Part shown: positions 1 to 12,634 of the stretch, piece by piece
Position numbering within the stretch: the first letter of the stretch is position 1
How the letters are laid out: the number at the start of each line of letters is the position of its first letter
NCBI RefSeq assembly: GCF_037042905.1
Contig: NW_026974141.1
Coordinates: 12,958,001 to 13,022,000 of the forward strand
Direction of reading: 5' to 3'
Source of the DNA: Lytechinus pictus
Lineage: Eukaryota
DNA: 64,000 nt
Notes under the pieces: model-generated
What the model was told of the DNA's origin: nothing
Database searches by the model: none
The model's input: only the letters and a program-made list of their open reading frames with translations
Program-made: the position numbers and the translations under genes

Positions 1-904
1 GACAATATATATTTCTCCTAACTCTCATTTATAGTATAGCACTAAAGAATTCACTGAGGCATGCTAAACTCCTGATTGATCAATACATCTATTCATGCAA
101 ATCACCTGCTTTTCCCCCTAAGCTCTATTGTCAGATTTTCTACTTGATTGGTTCAGGCCTCTACTGGCTCCTAGCAAAGATAGACTGCCACCATGTTGAT
201 AAAAGTGCATCGTGACGGCTTTATTCAATCAAGATTATTACTTCCAAAATATCTTGATCCACTTTTACAATGAAAATTATGTTATTCATATCAGATTGTA
301 GTTGAGATATATGTAGGTAACTGTCATGAAACAAAATCAAGAACCTGTTTTGGGAGCAATGGAGAAAAATAATTCCACAAAAGACTATATATAATCCTGT
401 ATCCAAAAGCATTGATTTTATTTCTCAAGCTAATTTGGATTTAGCTCCTTTTGGAAGTGAACTAAAAATATGTGCAATCAATTTCAAAAGCTCAGGTATG
501 GAGCCAGTGGTTACATGTATGTGGTAATTTGCATGACATTTGATATTAGAAAAATTCCCTGTAAAAAAATCAACATGAAACATACAAACAAATGTCATAT
601 CACACCACCCATAACCTTTTTAATGATGTTTCTTAATATTTTGGAAAATCCAGGGGACAATTTCATTGAAAAGGACTTGTTGGACGTTTTGTCTGACAAA
701 TCTTTATTTATCCAACAGTTACCATGGTAACTGTGCTTCTCATATAGCCAATGAAAATCAAGGAAAGATGTCAGGTAACCAATGTTGATGAAACAATTCT
801 ATGCATACACATATGGGACCTCCTATGATAGATCAAAACAATTACCAATGATCGATTATATTCTGTTTAATCAAACTATTTATTTCTATTAACTTATTTT
901 CTAG

Positions 905-1069
905 GTTCTATGACATGAACCCCAAAGGCAAGGCCCGAGCCGGTAGGACCTTTGGCGGCGTGATGAAACAGCTTCCGGACGGGTTCACCAAGAGTACCTC
1001 AGTCCACTCCTACGGCCCCGCCCTGGACACCACCCAACAGCTGAGAGACCTCCACCCATATGTTGCAAG
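905..1069 (+). CDS. PPP1R32: Penultimate coding exon of PPP1R32/SAXO4 (IIIG9)-like ciliary microtubule protein
   Basis: ttttctag|GTTC acceptor and CAAG|gtaaga donor. Reads FYDMNPKGKARAGRTFGGVMKQLPDGFTKSTSVHSYGPALDTTQQLRDLHPYVA(R), resembling the vertebrate PPP1R32 C-terminus as I remember it (RF..NP.G..R.G...GG...Q...G; L..LHP.V.R). Confidence 0.75.
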
Positions 1070-1401
1070 GTAAGATACACTGCGAAAACATTGGTGTTGT
1101 AAATACACCACTGGTGTACATACAGGACTACACTAGTCAACTCCATGGTGTTTTTGTACACAGGTGCAGATTTGTGACGTTTCTATTCAACTGGGGGTGG
1201 GGCAACATTAGATTATTCCCCCTTACCAATAGACTCACCCTCCAAATCTCAGTCAGTGTAATTCAACACAAGAGAGTGTTATTGTAACACCTTCGGTTAC
1301 TACTTCAGTATCCTTTGTTGCAATATTTTCAAACTTTAGTGTGTGCAACTTTTCATTTAATTCCATCAACTGGTGTTTATCTCCAACACCCTAGTTCTTG
1401 T

Positions 1402-2070
1402 CGGCTGTATTCTCAAAAGAGGTTTCAATAAGCCAGTTCACGGTTAGCTCATGATCATCTTTTCTCTAATGACCTTTGTGATTTTTCATTAGGATAAGCA
1501 CTATCATTTTCAAATGTAGATGTTGCGTAAGCTTTACCTGTAGAGTATTCAAATTCTAAGAACAAAAGGCATATTGTATAGACCAGGTGACTAGAATAGT
1601 ACATCAGGGATAAAGTTTGGAAATCTGTTTTATTGTCTGCCTTTGGCACATTTGACTATTGTTTTGCTACTGTCTAATACCAGTGATTATGAAAGCTCTA
1701 TTTATTACTCTTTAGCTTGGATGTGATAAATTTTTTGAAAGGAATACATGAATAATCATCAAATCACAAATGCCTATGTCAGTGAATTTGAAAGCCACCT
1801 TCATGATTCTCTCCAATGACCTTTTTCTGCTCGTGCGCAGTTTACAACCGTGAACAGGCTTATTATACCATGGTACAAAACCATGGATTATACAGATTTC
1901 TCGTATTACCGCACTCCCCTTTAAGCGCCCTTTACCAGAAGCGTGCATTTCATTCAATTTTTCATTTTGTTTTAGATGAAAGGAGTATAATTATGTAATT
2001 AAAAATCTGCATAGTCCATGCTTTTGTACCATAGTACAATTGAAACCTCGACCTTTTGAGAATCTGGGCT
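1402..2070. mobile_element. Non-autonomous DNA transposon (Harbinger-like MITE family, long copy)
   Basis: Ends ggctgtattctcaaaagaggtttcaat ... ttgaaacctc..ttttgagaatctgggc; same family as 2531-2761. Confidence 0.55.
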
Positions 2071-2229
2071 CTAAGTGATTTCCTCAGAAGAGAAGAGACA
2101 TATTGTTACCTCTCTTTCCTTTTGGTCAACTGAAAGAAAGACAATAATTATTTTATGCTACTGCCATGATGTTGAATATAATTAACATTCACTCACTTTC
2201 ACGATAAATGTATCTTCTTCTCTTTATAG

Positions 2230-2332
2230 GAGCATCAAGGCCCGAGACGTCTTCTTCGATGACCACACCCACGATGCCAAGAAACATGTGACCATCAACC
2301 CAATCCCACAAGTCCTTGCGGCTTCCTGTTAA
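2230..2332 (+). CDS. PPP1R32: Terminal coding exon of PPP1R32/SAXO4-like gene
   Basis: Pyrimidine tract plus tag|G acceptor; phase-compatible with exon 905-1069. Reads SIKARDVFFDDHTHDAKKHVTINPIPQVLAASC then TAA at 2330-2332. Confidence 0.75.
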
Positions 2333-2473
2333 CTTCTGCCATCGTCAGTTGACATGTCCCATGATATAAATATTTGACCCCCCCTTAAAGATTTACATAT
2401 TTGACCCCCCCCCCTTTAATAGATATATTTAAAAAAAATTCTTCTTTGAATACATTAAGATTTGAAAAATGTG

Positions 2474-2479
2474 AATAAA
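2474..2479 (+). terminator. Candidate polyadenylation signal of PPP1R32-like gene
   Basis: First AATAAA after the stop codon; further AATAAA near 3102-3117. Confidence 0.35.
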
Positions 2480-2530
2480 AATATGTTATCATATGCCCCT
2501 ATTTCAGATAGCTTTTTAACACATACCTAT

Positions 2531-2761
2531 AGGCCTGTATTCTCAAAAGAGGTTTCAATCGTACCACGGCACACAACCATGGACTATACAGATTTCTTGT
2601 ACTTGATTACAATTATTTAATCAGGTCCGCTGAGAAAAATTCAATAATATGAGCACTTTTTGCAAAGGGCGCTAAAGAGAAGCTCGATAATATGAGAAAT
2701 CTGCATAAACCATGGTTTTGTACCACGGTACAATTGAAACCTCTTTTGAGAATGTGGGCCT
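2531..2761. mobile_element. MITE in PPP1R32-like 3' region
   Basis: TIR aggcctgtattctcaaaagaggtttcaat / attgaaacctcttttgagaatgtgggcct. Confidence 0.7.
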
Positions 2762-3958
2762 TGAAGTCAGAACTGCTTTGACAGTGTATTTCTGCAGGAG
2801 TCCCACTTAGCCTCTTTCCTTTTGTAATTCTCCCACTGTTCTATGTATGCTATAATGGAAGGATTAGAAAGATAAATAAGCTGAGCACGACTCCTGTTGG
2901 AAAACACAACCAACACAGAATCTGACTTTTATTAAGGTACCTTAAGAATTATATAACATTAAAGGTAAATTAAAACACTAAGTGCAACATAAAAGAAAGC
3001 ATAAATATTCTGAAGAAATTTGTATTGTATTTTTATTTTGTCATTTGGTTAAAGAGATTTTTTGGATGTCTTATCTGGGTGATATTTATAAAATGCAACT
3101 AAATAAATTCAAATAAAAAAAAAAATCTATTTTTTTTCAGTTTGAAAAGGCTAGAATAGACATGCTTTAAGATCAAACTGTGAACATAACTTCACCGTAA
3201 AAAGACACATTGAGATCAAATTTAAGAATATTTTGTGTACGCAACACTAATTTCTGGAGTTTTAATTGATTGAATATGAAAATTAAGTCGAGATACATAT
3301 TCCTTGCCAGAAAATATATTTTTTGCATTTAATAGTTATCATTTTCATTTGGACAGGTATTTGAATGATCGTGCATGCATTTAGACACCATATGAATGGT
3401 GTTTGCATATAATTTTAATGGTATTTAAATATCTGAATGGTAGTTAAATCATATGTATTTTTATCCATTTGTAAATTATCAAATGTATTTTGTTAATTTC
3501 TGATACCTATAGCTTTTCATTCAGAGGGCATTTTTTTTGTTTACAATATATGAAGTTTATGTTATGTTTATTTTTTGCTGCAAGATAGCTCTATATGTAA
3601 GCTGTTCAGTTGAATTTTGCATATAACTGAATTATTCTGTGAAAGAAGTGATAGTTGTAATGGTGCCAAAATTTTTGATGATTAATTTCATTTGGCATTA
3701 AGCTTTTAAATTTTTATGTTGGGGTTTGATATTTGATATTGTGGGTGTTTTCTTTTTACCTCCAAATAATAATTGGGAATTGATTTTCAATTGGAATGTG
3801 TGCTGGTTGAGGAATAGTGGAGTCGGAAAACTGATTATGTGCTGATGTGCTTTGAAATATTCTGGTAATCTCAAATCATTAATCAGTTTCATTATGGAAT
3901 GCTATGCAATTTCAAAATGTAGATATCTAAATTTTTTTTTTACTGAATTCTGTAATAT

Positions 3959-4250
3959 GGAGCGTTGTAGCCCAGTGGATTTGTCTCCGGACTTTGAAAC
4001 AGAAAGTCGTGGGTTCAAATCCCAGCCATTGCATAGTTTCCTTCAGCAAGAAATTCATGCACATTGTGCTGCACTCAACCCAGGTGAGGTGAATGGGTAC
4101 CTGGCAGGAATTTATTCCTTGAAATGCACCGAGTGCAGGAAGGCTGCTTGAGCTACAGCTGAGGTAATGATATCCAAGTCCTTTGGAAGCGCATAGAGAC
4201 ATTATTCATAAATGTGATATGCGCTATACAAGAACTGTCTATTATTATTA
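3959..4250 (+). mobile_element. tRNA-derived SINE
   Basis: A box tagcccagtgg, B box ggttcaaatcc, conserved core cccaggtgaggtgaatgggtacc, L2-like tail gcgctatacaag..(att)n; several close copies in the window. Confidence 0.9.
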
Positions 4251-5045
4251 TTGTTAATAGTACAACTATCGATAGCAATAATGTCAAGAATATAAGAAAT
4301 CAATGACATTTTTCCTTGTAGATATTTTAATGTATGGACACAAATCTTTTTTTTATTGGAATGGAAAATGGCACTTTTACAACTACAATCCTACTTATTG
4401 CAGGCAATAAGACTCATATTATGTTCAGCTCAATGTATCTATTGTTATTTAGATGTTTCTAAATTTACTTTGTAAATAGTCTTTATTTTGAGCAATAATG
4501 TATTCAGCAATCATACTCTTTCAATGCTGTAGTAGAATGCTACTTGAATTTTGGAAATGATTATGCATGCATTTACCAATCATGTAAAGTTATTCTAGTG
4601 TCCCTTTACACAAAATGTTTGGTGAATATGACTCTTTAAAAATCAATTGTAACTTGACTTTCAGCCAATTGAAATCATGCAGTGGGAACTTATGTTTGAT
4701 TTTTTGAGTTATGATTAAATCTACTGTTTTGTGCAAAGGGCCCCTGGTGGAAAGCTAATATTCTACCTTGTATTTGCACGAATGAAATACTTTAATACGT
4801 CTTCATCATCTATTTTTCTATCATGTTCATATTATATGCCATGAAATATTGTCATTGATGGCAATGTGATTATTTAAAGTGTGCCAGCTTGCTGTAATTT
4901 TTTGTAATGCAGAAATAATGAATAATAAAATTGTTTGGATGAAATGTAAAAGAATTCCTGATTGTCTTGGCAAATTCATCAAACTCGAGTATCTACTTGA
5001 GGCATTTTCAATGAGTATGTGTGGATACATGAAGTAGATGTAATC

Positions 5046-5330
5046 GAGCGTTGTGGCCCAGTGGATTAGTCTCCTGACTTTGAAACAGAGGGTCGAGGGT
5101 TCAAATCCCAGCCATGGCGTAGTTTGCTTCAGCAAGAAATTAATCCACATTGTGCTGCACTCAACCCAGATGAGGTGAATGGGTACCATATCAAGGAATT
5201 TATTCCTTGAAATGCCGTGCGCGTAAAAGCTGCTTGAGCTACAGCCAGGATAATAATATCCAAGTCCTTTGGAAGCGCATAGAGACGTTATTCATGTGTT
5301 ATGCGCTATACAAGTACTGACTATTGTTAT
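5046..5330 (+). mobile_element. tRNA-derived SINE (same family)
   Basis: Colinear with 3959-4250. Confidence 0.9.
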
Positions 5331-5520
5331 GGAATGAATTGTGGGTGCGTGCGGGTTGGCAGTAAGTATGGACATGGAAAGATGTGTGTATGAGCATGTT
5401 ATGTTAATATTATAATAATAATGGATATATAGAGGCGCCATAGCGTGTACAATGTATGAATAATATTTTAAATTTGCAATAATAACCACAATCAGTCATT
5501 CAAGATAAAAAAGGGAAATT

Positions 5521-5835
5521 AATCAGGAAAAAATGTCTTCAGGGAAGATCTGAAGCCAAGAATACTGGAAGCATTTCTTATTGGAAGAGGGATGGCATTC
5601 CAAGTCTTGGCAGCTACTACAGCAAAACGTTTTTTCGGTAGAGAAGAGTTTCGACAAGGGAATGCAAAGTCTGCATGTGTCAGTGATTGAACGAAGATTA
5701 CGAGAGGGTGTGTATACTTTGATGGTATTATTAAGATATTCAGGTGCTAATTGATTCAGAGTTTTGTATACATATAAACAGACTTTAAACTGAATATGTT
5801 GGAGTTCCTTAAGTAGGGGTGTCGTATGAGTTCGG
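5521..5835 (-). mobile_element. Degenerate L2-clade LINE 3' fragment
   Basis: Translates HTTPLLKEL..IQFKVCLYVYKTLNQLAPEYL...YTPSRNLRS, then frameshifted AKTWNAIPLPIR; typical L2 ORF2 C-terminus. Confidence 0.8.
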
Positions 5836-5869
5836 GATCCAGAGCCAAAAATGTTGCTTTGTATGTTCA

Positions 5870-6450
5870 AGAGTGGATGTGTATACCTTATTTCAATTAT
5901 GATAATGGGTATGTGTGTGGGAGAGGGATGTGGGAAGATATAAACATGGGTGAGTGGCATTAATGGGTTATGCTAGTTTCTGTAAATTTCAAGGTATGGG
6001 TGGGTATATGTGTTTGGTGTGCTTGAGTAGATGTATGAAAGAATGGGGGGGGGGGGTATTTAGGAGAGACACAGAAGGATGTGAAGATAAACACAAGGGT
6101 GTGTGATTTCTTGGGTGGGTTGTGTGGGTGAATGTGTGGGAATGCCTATTTGAGTGTGGGGGTGTCGAAGGAAGGCTGTAAGACAATAGACAATAATTGT
6201 GAATGTTTATGGGTGGATGTGTGTATGCCTTTTGGAGTAGTGTGTGTGGAGGGGTGTACTTGATGGTGTGCTTGTGAGAGTGTGGGAGGGATATGGAAGG
6301 ATGCTCTTTAAAACAGGAGGTACATCTGTGTGTGTGTGTGTGTGGGTGGATATACTAAAATGGGTGAGCAGGGTGTGAGGGGAGGACTGGTTGTAAAATG
6401 TGGGTGTGTATTTTCATGAGTGGGTGTGTATACAGTGTGCGGGGGGGGGA
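5870..6450. repeat. Low-complexity GT/G-rich tract
   Basis: Degenerate (gt)n and gggtgtgt runs. Confidence 0.7.
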
Positions 6451-7101
6451 GGAGTTGCAGTTTTCAAAACATACAAAATAACAAGAAGTCTAAAATTATC
6501 TTTGGCATTTTTTTTATTAATTAATCAGCTGTACAAATATAGTAAAGTGAATACATAATTTACAACAATAAAATCTTACACATTTTCAATTTATTGCTAA
6601 TCATAAATTTACATAGTCATTAGATTGGTACATAGTGCAAGATATAAAGTACTATTTAATGAGCAAAAATAAGAGAAAATACAATTTATGAGTTGCAAGA
6701 AGTAATCTATCCAACACATTAAAAATAATTCAATAATAAATCCCCTACGGTGATCTGCACAAAGTATAACGATTCTTTCAAAATAATCAATGGATGTGAA
6801 AATTCACTGACTTGTTAAACTGAATTTCAAACACCACAAAATAGGACAGTAATAAGAGACTATGCTTTTTTTACTACTAGAATTTTCCATGAAACAATTG
6901 ACATCTCATCAACATTTTCCATATCATGTCATTGGCGGATCCAAGGGGGGGGGGGTAGGGGGTGCACACCCCTATATATTTTGCGAATTGCCCAATGAAT
7001 ATAGCTAAATCTAAAAAAAATTGTCATTTAGTGTAGTAGGTTTCACGGTACAGCATGTTTCTTTTTGGGGCAATCGTCGGTCCTGAAAAGGACCACCCAA
7101 A

Positions 7102-7141
7102 CTCGACGTTTCGACAAGTGTGTTCTTGTCGTCTTCAGAAG
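7102..7141 (-). ncRNA. Minimal type I hammerhead ribozyme motif (PLE-associated)
   Basis: Minus strand: ctt CTGAAGA c GACAAG aacaca CTTGTC GAAAC GTC gag. Conserved core, 6-bp stem II, minimal stem III, GUC site, weak 3-bp stem I. Confidence 0.6.
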
Positions 7142-7203
7142 AAAAAAGATACATGGTGTACCGTGAAACCTACTACACTATTCTTCTTCCTCATGGAAAC
7201 CAG

Positions 7204-7703
7204 GGCCCCGTCTTACAAAGAGTTACAATTGATCCAATCAATCGTAACTCTTTGGAAATCCATCAGTGTCATAAATTTTCTACAGGAAATTTGCAAATGT
7301 TCTTTATAAACAAAGGAGAACACACCAAATTGTCAAGTACTGTAATCAGTGAATTTATGGATATACATTCATATGTAGAAAAAATTTTGAGCCAACATGC
7401 ATTTTATATGTTGACTTTGCTGGCTTTCCATAGTTGCAATTGATTGGATCAATCACAACCCTTACAACATCTTACAAAGAGTTACAATTGATCCAATCAA
7501 TCGTAACTCTATGGAAATCCATCATTGTCATAATTTTTTCTATAGGAAATTGGCACAAAGTCCTTTGTAAACAAAGAGAAGCACATTGAATTTTCAAGAA
7601 AACAATGAATGCATGAATATACATGCATAATACATGTTGATGTTGCTGGCCGTCCATAGTTGCTATTGATCACATCAATCGTAACTCTTTGCAAGACGGG
7701 GCC
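7204..7703. mobile_element. PIF/Harbinger-like MITE (head-to-tail dimer), CAG TSD
   Basis: TIR ggccccgtcttacaaagagttac / gtaactctttgcaagacggggcc; CAG at 7201-7203 and 7704-7706; left end repeated internally at about 7470. Confidence 0.85.
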
Positions 7704-8436
7704 CAGAAGTTACATCATTCGTCTCTACGGGGAGCAGACGACGAGAACACACTTGTCGAAACGTCGAGTTTGGGTGGTCCTTTTCAGGACCAACAATTGC
7801 CAAAAAAAAGATACACGGTGTACCGTGAAACCTACTACACTATTCTTCTTCGCCATGGAAACCTTCAGAAATTACTAATTGTCATTTGCCCTCTTATTTC
7901 AAAATCCTGGTTCTGCTACTGCACTATGTTACATTTTTTTCATTCTGATGTTGACATATTTTCACCATCCATTTCTTTTAATACCATATATGGCATAAAC
8001 TGATGCGGTCATTTGAAATTACAAAGCGCATGAAGTGGTGAAAATAACAAATGAGAGTAGAGAATAAGAATAATCATTTTCTTTCACAAATAACAAATCA
8101 TGAATAATATCATGTGGTATTCATAACTTCTAAAGTACTGTGTGTTCGTATGCATAAGAAAAATTGATATTTTAAAGCATTCTGTCATTTATGATTACAC
8201 TGACGATTGGCTAAAATGTTTTGTAATTTATAAATTTGAAGAATTTTCTACTTTTGCAACTATCACAATTCTGAGGGTATACAGTTTTCTTGTCCATTCT
8301 TCTCCCTATCACTTTTCTTGAATCACTTCATTTTTGGTTTCTATTAATTAAATCCAAGATTATTTCAGCACAGACTTCCTATGTAAGTTGTAAAGCATTT
8401 ATCCAACAACCTAATGGTATAGGTGAAGAAGTCTTA

Positions 8437-8826
8437 TACCCCTTTCATAAACCCAATAAAACATATCCTCCAATTAGCCGCCTAAGAGTAATGCGGATAA
8501 TTCAATAAAAATTGCGTTCACAAACTCCATAAATTATTTTTACGAGCGCCCGTCCTGAAAAAGGCGGATAATCGTCATGACAACTGGACACGCCCCCTCC
8601 AATGCGGTTGTGTTGGAAAAGGGTGACCTTGTGACCGCACCATGGCAATTATCCGCATTATTTGAAAATACGTTCATAAACTCAAAATCTTGTCCCGATG
8701 CCGCTATTATGCGGATAATAGCAGCATCAGAATAATGCGGATAACTCTTGTCCTCCTCTGATTTTACGACCAAATTATGCTGCTATTAGTCCATAATTGT
8801 GTTTTATTGGGTTTATGAAAGGGGTA
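8437..8826. mobile_element. PIF/Harbinger-like MITE, TTA TSD
   Basis: 27-bp perfect TIR tacccctttcataaacccaataaaaca; TTA on both sides. Confidence 0.9.
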
Positions 8827-10304
8827 TTAGTACATTACTTTGAATTAAAAAAAAACTCAAATGACATGGTAATCAAATTGATACCTTTTCATTCCCTTTC
8901 ACCTCTCCTCAAATGTAACACAACTTTAGTACATTAAATGAACATGTACTGTGTATATGTGCAGTTTGTGCTCAAAATACAAGTACAAATACATGTAAAC
9001 ATGATACACTCAATATCAAAATGTTCCAACAACATATGTGAATACTTTCTACCTAAATTCTATTGCATAAGGAAGTATATTCTTTTTAAATATATAAATC
9101 TCTATACTAAAATTTGCAAGTAGGGTGACTAATTCGAGTTATCCTCACTTGCAGGTTTTTTCTCTTTATAATAAGCTAGTACGTAGTGTATATAAATTAG
9201 TACTGTGTTAAATAGAATATGTCAATGGAAATACACTTCCCAAAATTTTGTATATTACCAAATTACCAACATAATACTAAATATTAACATAAAACCTGAG
9301 AAATATGAGACAGGGGGTCTGAAATTAAAAAAGTTTGCCAATTTTATTCATTTGAATTTGAATTATGGTACATGTTAGTGAGAGTTCTCATATGAAACAG
9401 AATAATTAATTGCAATAATGAATTGTTTTTGCTATATTTGAATTATATAGAGAACATATGAGATAAAACCACTAACAGATAGACAATAAAGCATTTCAAT
9501 TGTGCAATATTTGAACAATCTTTTGTATTGTCAAAACTTTTGTAATTCGGCTTTATGCCACGATCAAAGTTTTATCTAAATAAACAATTATTTATGTTGA
9601 TCGTTGTTGACATGGGATTCTAATATGATTCTAATTTTTTTACATGCAAGACGAAATAAAATCATTAGATAATTACTTAGTAATTCAAATGATCATTCTT
9701 AATTTGGAAATTTCGTTCATATGCAAAGTATCAAGAGGTGATTCATTTTTACAAAAATCAATAATTAAAAACATTTTTCAATTCCTACTCCCAATGATAG
9801 AAAATAGAATAGTAGTGTAGAAAATAACATTTAGACGTTTTTATATTTAAATAGTACTACCGAGTATGAAGAAAATAGGTATATATAATTTGATCATTAT
9901 ACAATCTCTCATTAAATATCAATATGAATTACTTGATTTAATTTTGTATATGAAATACTCTCACTGAATCCACTTTGAATTTCATAACTGAGTGTAGTGT
10001 ATGCAAATAAGGCATAATTAATAAAAGGATAATTACTATTGAATAATCCCATATCAAATACAAATTGAAAATTCATCAATAAGAATAAGTAACAAATATA
10101 ACGCATATTTAGCAGGGGCCGCGGAATGGTTTTCAAAGTGGGGGGAGGGGGCTGAGCCAAAAAATTTTTGGGGGGCTGACCATGCAAAAAATCACAATCA
10201 TATGGTCATTTTTACGTTTTTGTACGCGGATTTGGAAAAAAGCAGGGGGGTTGAAGCCCCCCTACGGCCCCTGTTCAGTTTTGACATTTAGAAAATGACA
10301 CTAT

Positions 10305-10603
10305 GGCCTGTATTCTGAAGTCAGGTTTAACTTAGACCACAGTTTAACTGTGTTAAAATTATGGGAGGCCAAAAGTTCAAAAATTCTGTTTATATTGTAT
10401 ATTTCTTACGTTTACTATTGTGTTTCCTTTTACTTTCATTATGAAGAAAAATACTTCGGTTATTATTCCCAGACAAATATGAACAATTTGGATGTCATAT
10501 GAGTTAATGAATTGTTAGGGATTTGTGTTCCTATTGGCTCTCCATAGTTAAACTACAACTTTAAACCAGGGTTTGATTTAAACCCGAGTTCAGAATACAG
10601 GCC
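10305..10603. mobile_element. Harbinger-like MITE, TAT TSD
   Basis: TIR ggcctgtattctgaa / ttcagaatacaggcc; tat flanks. Confidence 0.8.
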
Positions 10604-10761
10604 TATGTGTATAATCCTTTCCCTGGTCAGCTAATTTGCACACAAAAACAATAAACATACTGCGTTTATCCATTGTATTTGAAAGCTACAATTCGTGTTC
10701 AAAAACATATCACTATTTTCATGTTGTACCATTCACCACAGGAAAAAAATCAACTGATTTA

Positions 10762-10918
10762 TACCTCGGTCACATTTGCTCTACGGCGAGCCAAAAACAG
10801 CCGTTTTATTCATTTTTATTCAAACCACCTACATGTATATGTACCTGGTACAAAAAATGTTAAAACGGCTGTTTTCGACTCGCCATACAGCCGCCGTAAA
10901 GCAAATGTGACCGAGATA
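10762..10918. mobile_element. Short MITE
   Basis: TIR tacctcggtcacatttgctctacggcg / cgccgtaaagcaaatgtgaccgagata. Confidence 0.75.
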
Positions 10919-11354
10919 TAAATAATCCATGACATTATACATGTAATTCTATAATTGCATCTAATTGATAATGTACTGACTCAAATTCCATACTCCTTGG
11001 GGTAAAATAGTTGATAAATTATAGTACTACGCCCATGAAGTATAAGTGAAAACACAAATATGAATACCCCGGGATGAATACCAACAAAACTTGACAGATG
11101 TGATTAATAAGACCATTTTGAATTAGAAGATATCAATAACCATGAATAAGAACGTTAAATAGTTTTTACAATATTACAGAAACAATATAAATAATAGCTA
11201 CAAAATATTAATAAGTGTGAAAATGACTTTACCCCCAAATTGGGAGTACTCAGTGAATATGCATCAATGGACATGCATGTAATTCTTGTTTGCTTGGTTA
11301 TGCAAAAACAGAAAATAATCTGTAAGCATGTTTATAGTCTAGAGCTGGACGTTA

Positions 11355-11503
11355 GTAGTTATTGGTTTGGAAAACCCTACACTCACACACACACCAATAC
11401 ATCAGTCGTCTCTCTTTTCACCTTTAGTAGGAGAAGGTCAAAAGAGAGAGGACTGGTGTATTGGTGTGTGATTGAGTGTAGGGTTTTCCAAACAAATAAC
11501 TAC
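11355..11503. repeat. Near-perfect palindrome (about 68-bp arms)
   Basis: gtagttattggtttggaaaaccctacactca...cacctt, short loop, aaggtc...tgagtgtagggttttccaaacaaataactac. Confidence 0.85.
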
Positions 11504-11637
11504 CCGTTTCATAAAGGACTTGCAACTGTTGTAACTTTGCCATTATGGCAACTACCATGGTAACCTTGATTTTGATTGGCTGCTGAGCCCTGATGCCATG
11601 GTAGTTGCCATAATGACAGTCCTTTATGAAACAGGCT
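11504..11637. mobile_element. Short palindromic MITE (family also at about 46601-46729)
   Basis: ccgtttcataaaggac ... gtcctttatgaaacagg with an internal ccatggtaac inverted repeat. Confidence 0.65.
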
Positions 11638-12634
11638 CCTGACCTATATCTCCACCTTGGATACAATTTTTTTTTAATGTAAAAAAAAAAGAAGAAACAA
11701 TTTATTTCAGACGAAAAATACTTGAAGGCACTTCGGATTCAAGTTTTGATTTCCTATAAGGCATGCTGTAATCATCACACTCTATGCATGTAGCTCTCCG
11801 AAATACAAACACTCCCATATTCAAAGGGTTAAATGTTTACTTGTCATTTATCAGTGATTTGCTTTTCATAACTGATTGGCAATTAACCAAAAATCTGTGC
11901 AACAACTTTTAGCAGGAATCCTGCAGTCAAGGGGCTAAGCATGTTTCACAACGACTTTCCCGTACACCTCATTAGGAGGCGCTGCACCAGCCCGAGTTTG
12001 CTCAATCTCGAGATTTAAGCCCGAACTGCCCTCTTCGCGATTTATCTCGAGATTCAAGAAACCACATCTCCACCAGCGCAAGAAGAGCAATTAATGCTCG
12101 AGCGAGGCATCTATGCATTATGGTCTGACGCCATGAAAAAATGATCCCGACTGCAAATTAGCGGGATAATTCGTAAATAGCATGCTATTTTGCAGATAAT
12201 CCTAAGTTGGCTTTGTTTGTTAGTTTGTTTGTTTTATTTCCGTCATAAAAAATACATAACAATATATAAACAAGAGATACAAGGAGTAACATACACATAC
12301 ATAATGAAATAAATTCTAAACATTGATTGAAAAAAGAAAAGAAAAAAAAAAAATGATTGATTGAAACATGTTAAGAAAGTTAAAAGATCAAACTTAAGAC
12401 AGGAGACGGTTGGATAACCCATATTCAGCTGCACCAATTATATGTGCGGCTGGTCTTCCATGGGGACCAAGTAAAAAGAGAGTCATAGGGAGCGGAAAAT
12501 GAGAACAGAAAAGAAAAGACAAAAGAGGGAAATGAAGGAAGAAAGAAAAGGAAAGGAGAGAGAAAAAAAAAATCACTATCAGTTTGCTTACTCCTACCCC
12601 ACTACCCCACCCCCCCCCCCAAAAAAAAAAGAAA

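Larger units (their letters stand above)
7031..7872. mobile_element. Penelope-like pLTR remnant (inverted plus direct partial copies) interrupted by a MITE
   Basis: 7031-7138 is the reverse complement of about 7736-7840; 7139-7200 repeats about 7802-7862 directly; hammerhead core present. Confidence 0.65.

Noticed and set aside
3959-4035. tRNA-like sequences (also 5046, 29312, 43610, 55943)
   Set aside because: They are SINE heads: no proper acceptor stem, and always followed by the same SINE body and tail.
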